NCBI GenBank assembly: GCA_964398205.1
Contig: CAYNLU010000001.1
Location: 417-64,416, forward strand
Origin: an uncultured Candidatus Saccharibacteria bacterium
Lineage (GTDB): Bacteria > Patescibacteriota > Minisyncoccia > Phycocordibacterales > UBA9973
Direction of reading: 5' to 3'
DNA: 64,000 nt
Shown piece by piece: positions 60,147 to 64,000 of the stretch. The notes beneath the pieces were generated by a model. That model saw only the letters and a program-made list of their open reading frames with translations. It had not been told where the DNA came from and searched no databases. Every line of letters starts with the position of its first letter. Position 1 is the stretch's first letter. Made by a program: the position numbers and the translations under genes.

Positions 60147-60180
60147 TGTTCATTTTATTTAACAATTAAAAAATTATGCT

Positions 60181-60324
60181 ATGTTTGCATTATTTTTAGC
60201 AAAGGCTTTAACCGTACGCCTAGACGGTTTTTTACTTAAAAATTATAAAAAGCAAAACCCAGATGATGAGTATTGCAATATCTGCAAAAGCCATCACAAA
60301 CCAGGGCATTGCCCCCTCGAATGA
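60181..60324 (+). CDS. 47-aa small protein with Cx2Cx3Hx4C zinc-knuckle-like motif
   Basis: MFALFLAKALTVRLDGFLLKNYKKQNPDDEYCNICKSHHKPGHCPLE; below the ORF-track cutoff; followed by a terminator. Confidence 0.55.
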   Translation: MFALFLAKALTVRLDGFLLKNYKKQNPDDEYCNICKSHHKPGHCPLE

Positions 60325-60336
60325 GGAAAACTACTG

Positions 60337-60372
60337 AGTAGGTAAAGAAAAATTATTTCTTTACCTACTTTT
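60337..60372. terminator. bidirectional terminator
   Basis: agtaggtaaagaaa/tttctttacctact. Confidence 0.75.
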
Positions 60373-60831
60373 TTATTTTACAAATACTTCAAAAAGATTT
60401 ACGAAATCGTACGCTTCTATAGTTAATAGAAAAATAAGTGAACAAATAAATGCCGATACCAAGCACCAAGAACAGAATTTACGCAATATAAAAATCTGCA
60501 CTAGTATTAAATACATAGAGAAAAGAAAAGCGAAAACTGAAAGCAATACTAAAAATACTACATAAACTTGAGGTAATACTGATCCTAAAAATGCTAAAGC
60601 TAAATAAGAAGAAAAAATAAAAATATAATAAATCATTCCAAAAACTTCAACCGGCACTCCCAAGAATTTAGAATAATCACTATGCACCACAGTCTGACAA
60701 TCAAACTTAATAGGGCAAATGAGAGGGCGATCTGCTCTCTTTTCTTTATAAATATGCCTTGCAACAAAGAATCCAAACAAGGCTAAAATAGCAGTCGCTA
60801 ATTTAAAAAATACAAATTTATTAAATATCAT
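60373..60831 (-). CDS. vitamin K epoxide reductase (VKOR) family protein
   Basis: C....DCxxVxxSxYS, GVP, CSWC. Confidence 0.92.
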   Translation of the reverse strand: MIFNKFVFFKLATAILALFGFFVARHIYKEKRADRPLICPIKFDCQTVVHSDYSKFLGVPVEVFGMIYYIFIFSSYLALAFLGSVLPQVYVVFLVLLSVFAFLFSMYLILVQIFILRKFCSWCLVSAFICSLIFLLTIEAYDFVNLFEVFVK

Positions 60832-60868
60832 ATTTAATAAATATAACAGATTTTAAAAGAAAAATAAA

Positions 60869-62368
60869 TTAATTTGATAATTCAGATTCAAGAATTTTTA
60901 CTCTTTCTTTGAGAGCTTCTAATCGAGCACGATATCCTGCTATTTCATCTTGTTGCTCTTGTATGGCTTTCGTCATAGGGGCAATTAACTCAGTATACCT
61001 CATAGTCTTACCTCTAAACTCCGTATTATCAGTCAAAACAATATTAGTATTCTTACCTATAGCACTTTCTACTTCTTGAGCTATGAAGCCGTAGTCTATA
61101 CCATTACCTTGTTTCATAGTATATGATACTGGACGTAGTTTCTTTATGAATTCTAGACCTAAGTCTGAGTCGTTTATGTTTTCTTTGAGGCGGAGGTCGG
61201 AAGGGAAAGACCAAGCCACCTGTAAATCTATAGAAGTTACATTAGTATCACCAATACGAACAGCATTAGAATTATTTGCCACTGCCCCATACCCAATAGC
61301 AATTGCATTACTAAGACTACTTGTTGAAGTCTCTGCATCATATCCTATAGCAGTATTATTATTACCAGTTACATTTGTAGATAAAGCACTAGTTCCAACT
61401 GCTGTATTAGAATCTCCAGTATTATAGTAAAGTGTATTCATTCCTAAACTAGTATTATCATTACCTGGTGGATTAGCTAATAACGAATTTGTACCGATAG
61501 CTGTATTATTATTACCTACAGAGTTATAAAGCAAAGTCGCATAACCAGCTGCTGTATTATTAGAACCTGTATTTATTTTCCATGAAGAATAACTTCCTAA
61601 AGCTGTATTATTAGAACCAGAAGAAAGACTTATCATAGAAGAATAACCAACTCCTGTATTATTAATACCGGTTACAGTTAAATTACCAGCACTTAATCCA
61701 GCAAATATATTACCTGTACCTGTATTATGCATAAACAAAGTAGAACCTCTATAAATATTTGTATTACTACCTAATACAACATTATCTAAAACATTAAACA
61801 AAGAAACTACGGCTCCTGCATCAACCCAACCATTATTTCCAGAACTCGCTCCATTTACTGCTGTTGTTACAAAAGCAGTGGTAGCTAATTTATCGCTATT
61901 ATCATTACTACTTGGAGTTGGGGCTTGCAATGAACCTAAAAAGGTAGGTCCATCTAAATTAGCTTTTAAGTTTAAAGCAGAATTAAGATCAGCTTGCTGA
62001 GTATATAAGTCACCGTTCACATTACCAATACTACCCCAAACAGTTCCAGACCCAGCTCCCAAGTTCTGCCAAGTAGCATTACCATAAGCATCAGAAGTTA
62101 GAACTTTACTAGCTCCTGCTCCTGTAGGAATTTGAATAGTATTATCAAATATTACCGGGCCCAATACTCGAAAACCATTTACTACCATCAAACCATTTTT
62201 AGTTTGATAATCAGGCCCTACATTGATAGGATAAGAAATATTATTATTAGGTGGAGTAGAGCTTGTATTAAAAAATAGTGCTGAAACCGAGTCCGCAAAA
62301 GAAAACACCATCATAAATAAAATGATTAAAGTAATTAATATTTTATGTTTTAAAAAGTTATTTGGCAT
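60869..62368 (-). CDS. secreted tail-fibre-like protein with C-terminal peptidase S74 chaperone
   Basis: signal peptide, NNTAxG beta-repeats, SDLRLKENI, GFIAQEVE, coiled coil. Confidence 0.85.
   Translation of the reverse strand: MPNNFLKHKILITLIILFMMVFSFADSVSALFFNTSSTPPNNNISYPINVGPDYQTKNGLMVVNGFRVLGPVIFDNTIQIPTGAGASKVLTSDAYGNATWQNLGAGSGTVWGSIGNVNGDLYTQQADLNSALNLKANLDGPTFLGSLQAPTPSSNDNSDKLATTAFVTTAVNGASSGNNGWVDAGAVVSLFNVLDNVVLGSNTNIYRGSTLFMHNTGTGNIFAGLSAGNLTVTGINNTGVGYSSMISLSSGSNNTALGSYSSWKINTGSNNTAAGYATLLYNSVGNNNTAIGTNSLLANPPGNDNTSLGMNTLYYNTGDSNTAVGTSALSTNVTGNNNTAIGYDAETSTSSLSNAIAIGYGAVANNSNAVRIGDTNVTSIDLQVAWSFPSDLRLKENINDSDLGLEFIKKLRPVSYTMKQGNGIDYGFIAQEVESAIGKNTNIVLTDNTEFRGKTMRYTELIAPMTKAIQEQQDEIAGYRARLEALKERVKILESELSN
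61016..61204. repeat. 189-bp perfect direct repeat copy 1
   Basis: identical to 62519-62707. Confidence 0.92.
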
Positions 62369-63943
62369 TTAATTTTTATTTTTTAAACTTTCTAAATATT
62401 CGACTCGTTTTTCATATTCTTCAACAGTTTTTTTATACTCTTCTATCACCTCTTGTTGTTCTTGGATTGCTTTAGTTAAAGGAGAAATTAAACTTGCATA
62501 ACGTAAAGTTTTCATACCAAACTCCGTATTATCAGTCAAAACAATATTAGTATTCTTACCTATAGCACTTTCTACTTCTTGAGCTATGAAGCCGTAGTCT
62601 ATACCATTACCTTGTTTCATAGTATATGATACTGGACGTAGTTTCTTTATGAATTCTAGACCTAAGTCTGAGTCGTTTATGTTTTCTTTGAGGCGGAGGT
62701 CGGAAGGAACTGAGTAATTAACTTGTCCTTCTATAACCGAAGTAGCTCCTCCATTATTAGGATCAGTATCATTATCAGGATTACCAATCCTAATTTTATT
62801 AGAATTAATAACTTCAATATTGTGACCAATAGCGGTACTATTACTGTAAAGATTAGCTACCCCTGCACTATATCCGATAGCAGTATTAACGTCACCGATT
62901 TGATTGTAACTTAAAGTTAAAGCTCCAACTCCAGTATTATTATTTCCAGAAGTATTCGGATACAAAGCATTATAACCAATAGCTACATTAGAATCTCCAC
63001 TAGTATTACTATACAAAGAATTAGCTCCAGCAGAAGTAAGATAATACCCATCATTTAAATTATTAAAAGCGGATTTATAGCCTAAAGCAATATTTTGACC
63101 TACAGCATTTGCTCCTGTGTTATACAAAGATTGATATCCTAAAGCAACCATCTGACCTGTAGATCCGTTTAATAACCTTAAAGCTCCCTCTCCAATACCC
63201 ACAGTATGACTAGAAACAGTACCTGAAATTGGACCAGCGCTCTTACCTAAAAATAAATTATACGAACCATAAGTATGTAAAAATCTTTCACTAGAAGCTG
63301 GAGAACCTACAGCATCAGATTTATATAAAACTGTATTACTTTCTAATTTAAGGTTATCAGTTAGAGTTGTTAAGGTTACGTTATTACCTGAATCTGTCCA
63401 ACCTCCTCCTGAGTTAGAACCTAAAAGAATTGCGTTATTTACAAAGGCAGTAGTAGCTAATCTAGTTGAATTATCTGAACCTGGAATTGCATTTAATGCT
63501 CTTGGTATGCCTGTAAAAATATTTAATCCTGACAAATTAGCTTTAGTGTTTAATGCTGATTGTAAATCTATTTGATTAGCTAAAGTTCCAGAAATTGAAC
63601 CCCAATTAATTTGCAAACTACTAGTTTGAGTTTTCCAGGTGGCAAAACCTTGCGCATCGGAGGTTAGAACCTTACCGGCTCCATACCCCGAAATCGGCAA
63701 AAGTAAGGTTGTATCGAAAATCACAGGCCCTAAAGATCTAAAACCTTCATCTATAACTAAAGCTCCTAGTTTTTGCTGAGAAGATAAACTTGTATTAAAT
63801 ACCGGCAAAAATCTAGAAGAACTTACTCCAGGGTTAGTATTCGGTATTTGCCAACCAGCAAAAGCAGTCAAAGTAAAAGAAATAAATAAAATTATTATTA
63901 CTAACTTTCCAACATATTTAATTTTAAATTTATTAAAATTCAT
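62369..63943 (-). CDS. secreted tail-fibre-like protein with C-terminal peptidase S74 chaperone
   Basis: same architecture as 60869-62368. Confidence 0.85.
   Translation of the reverse strand: MNFNKFKIKYVGKLVIIILFISFTLTAFAGWQIPNTNPGVSSSRFLPVFNTSLSSQQKLGALVIDEGFRSLGPVIFDTTLLLPISGYGAGKVLTSDAQGFATWKTQTSSLQINWGSISGTLANQIDLQSALNTKANLSGLNIFTGIPRALNAIPGSDNSTRLATTAFVNNAILLGSNSGGGWTDSGNNVTLTTLTDNLKLESNTVLYKSDAVGSPASSERFLHTYGSYNLFLGKSAGPISGTVSSHTVGIGEGALRLLNGSTGQMVALGYQSLYNTGANAVGQNIALGYKSAFNNLNDGYYLTSAGANSLYSNTSGDSNVAIGYNALYPNTSGNNNTGVGALTLSYNQIGDVNTAIGYSAGVANLYSNSTAIGHNIEVINSNKIRIGNPDNDTDPNNGGATSVIEGQVNYSVPSDLRLKENINDSDLGLEFIKKLRPVSYTMKQGNGIDYGFIAQEVESAIGKNTNIVLTDNTEFGMKTLRYASLISPLTKAIQEQQEVIEEYKKTVEEYEKRVEYLESLKNKN
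62519..62707. repeat. 189-bp perfect direct repeat copy 2
   Basis: identical to 61016-61204. Confidence 0.92.
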
Positions 63944-64000
63944 TATTTTAATTTATTTTCTAATTCAACTAATCTTTTCTCAAAATCTTGTAATTCTTTC
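63943..64000 (-). CDS. 3' end of a probable third fibre paralogue (truncated by the window)
   Basis: ..KELQDFEKRLVELENKLK*, TAA overlapping the next ATG (TAATG). Confidence 0.55.
   Translation of the reverse strand, partial: KELQDFEKRLVELENKLK

Noticed and set aside
61016-62707. Diversity-generating retroelement TR/VR pair
   Set aside because: The copies are fully identical (no adenine-specific differences), both are coding, and there is no reverse transcriptase in the window
60869-64000. Prophage tail module
   Set aside because: The proteins have signal peptides and no capsid, terminase or integrase genes are visible; cannot be excluded beyond the window edge
1-64000. CRISPR array, IS transposases, rRNA, or UGA recoding (code 25)
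   Set aside because: No regularly spaced repeats, transposase or rRNA motifs seen; conserved genes are full length under the standard code

Overview
AT-rich chromosomal segment of a Patescibacteria/CPR (Parcubacteria-like) bacterium using the standard code. The lineage call rests on rpmD missing between rpsE and rplO, rplK not followed by rplA, archaeal-type PyrH/Cmk, a CPR-type VirD4 ATPase and a pilin-like membrane protein. Most of the window is the str-S10-spc ribosomal cluster on the minus strand, broken into several transcription units by inserted accessory genes. It also holds ftsH, smpB/tmRNA, infC-rpmI-rplT, secE-nusG-rplK, thyA/folA, murB, tsaC, a P-type ATPase, two tRNAs and an array of S74-chaperone fibre genes. 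The most notable unannotated signals are: a compact 6S-RNA-like gene (14563-14689, minus); tRNA-Ile(UAU) overlapped by an HTH/LAGLIDADG-like ORF; a +1 hairpin/U-tract at five translation-machinery promoters, two of which share an identical 24-bp sequence; long structured leaders before rpsN and the DEAD-box helicase; a cassette flanked by 34-bp direct repeats inside the S10 operon; a family of GC-rich palindromic elements; and a perfect 189-bp repeat shared by tandem secreted fibre genes. All family assignments come from motif recognition, and all RNA structures and promoters were paired or placed by eye; no searches were run.
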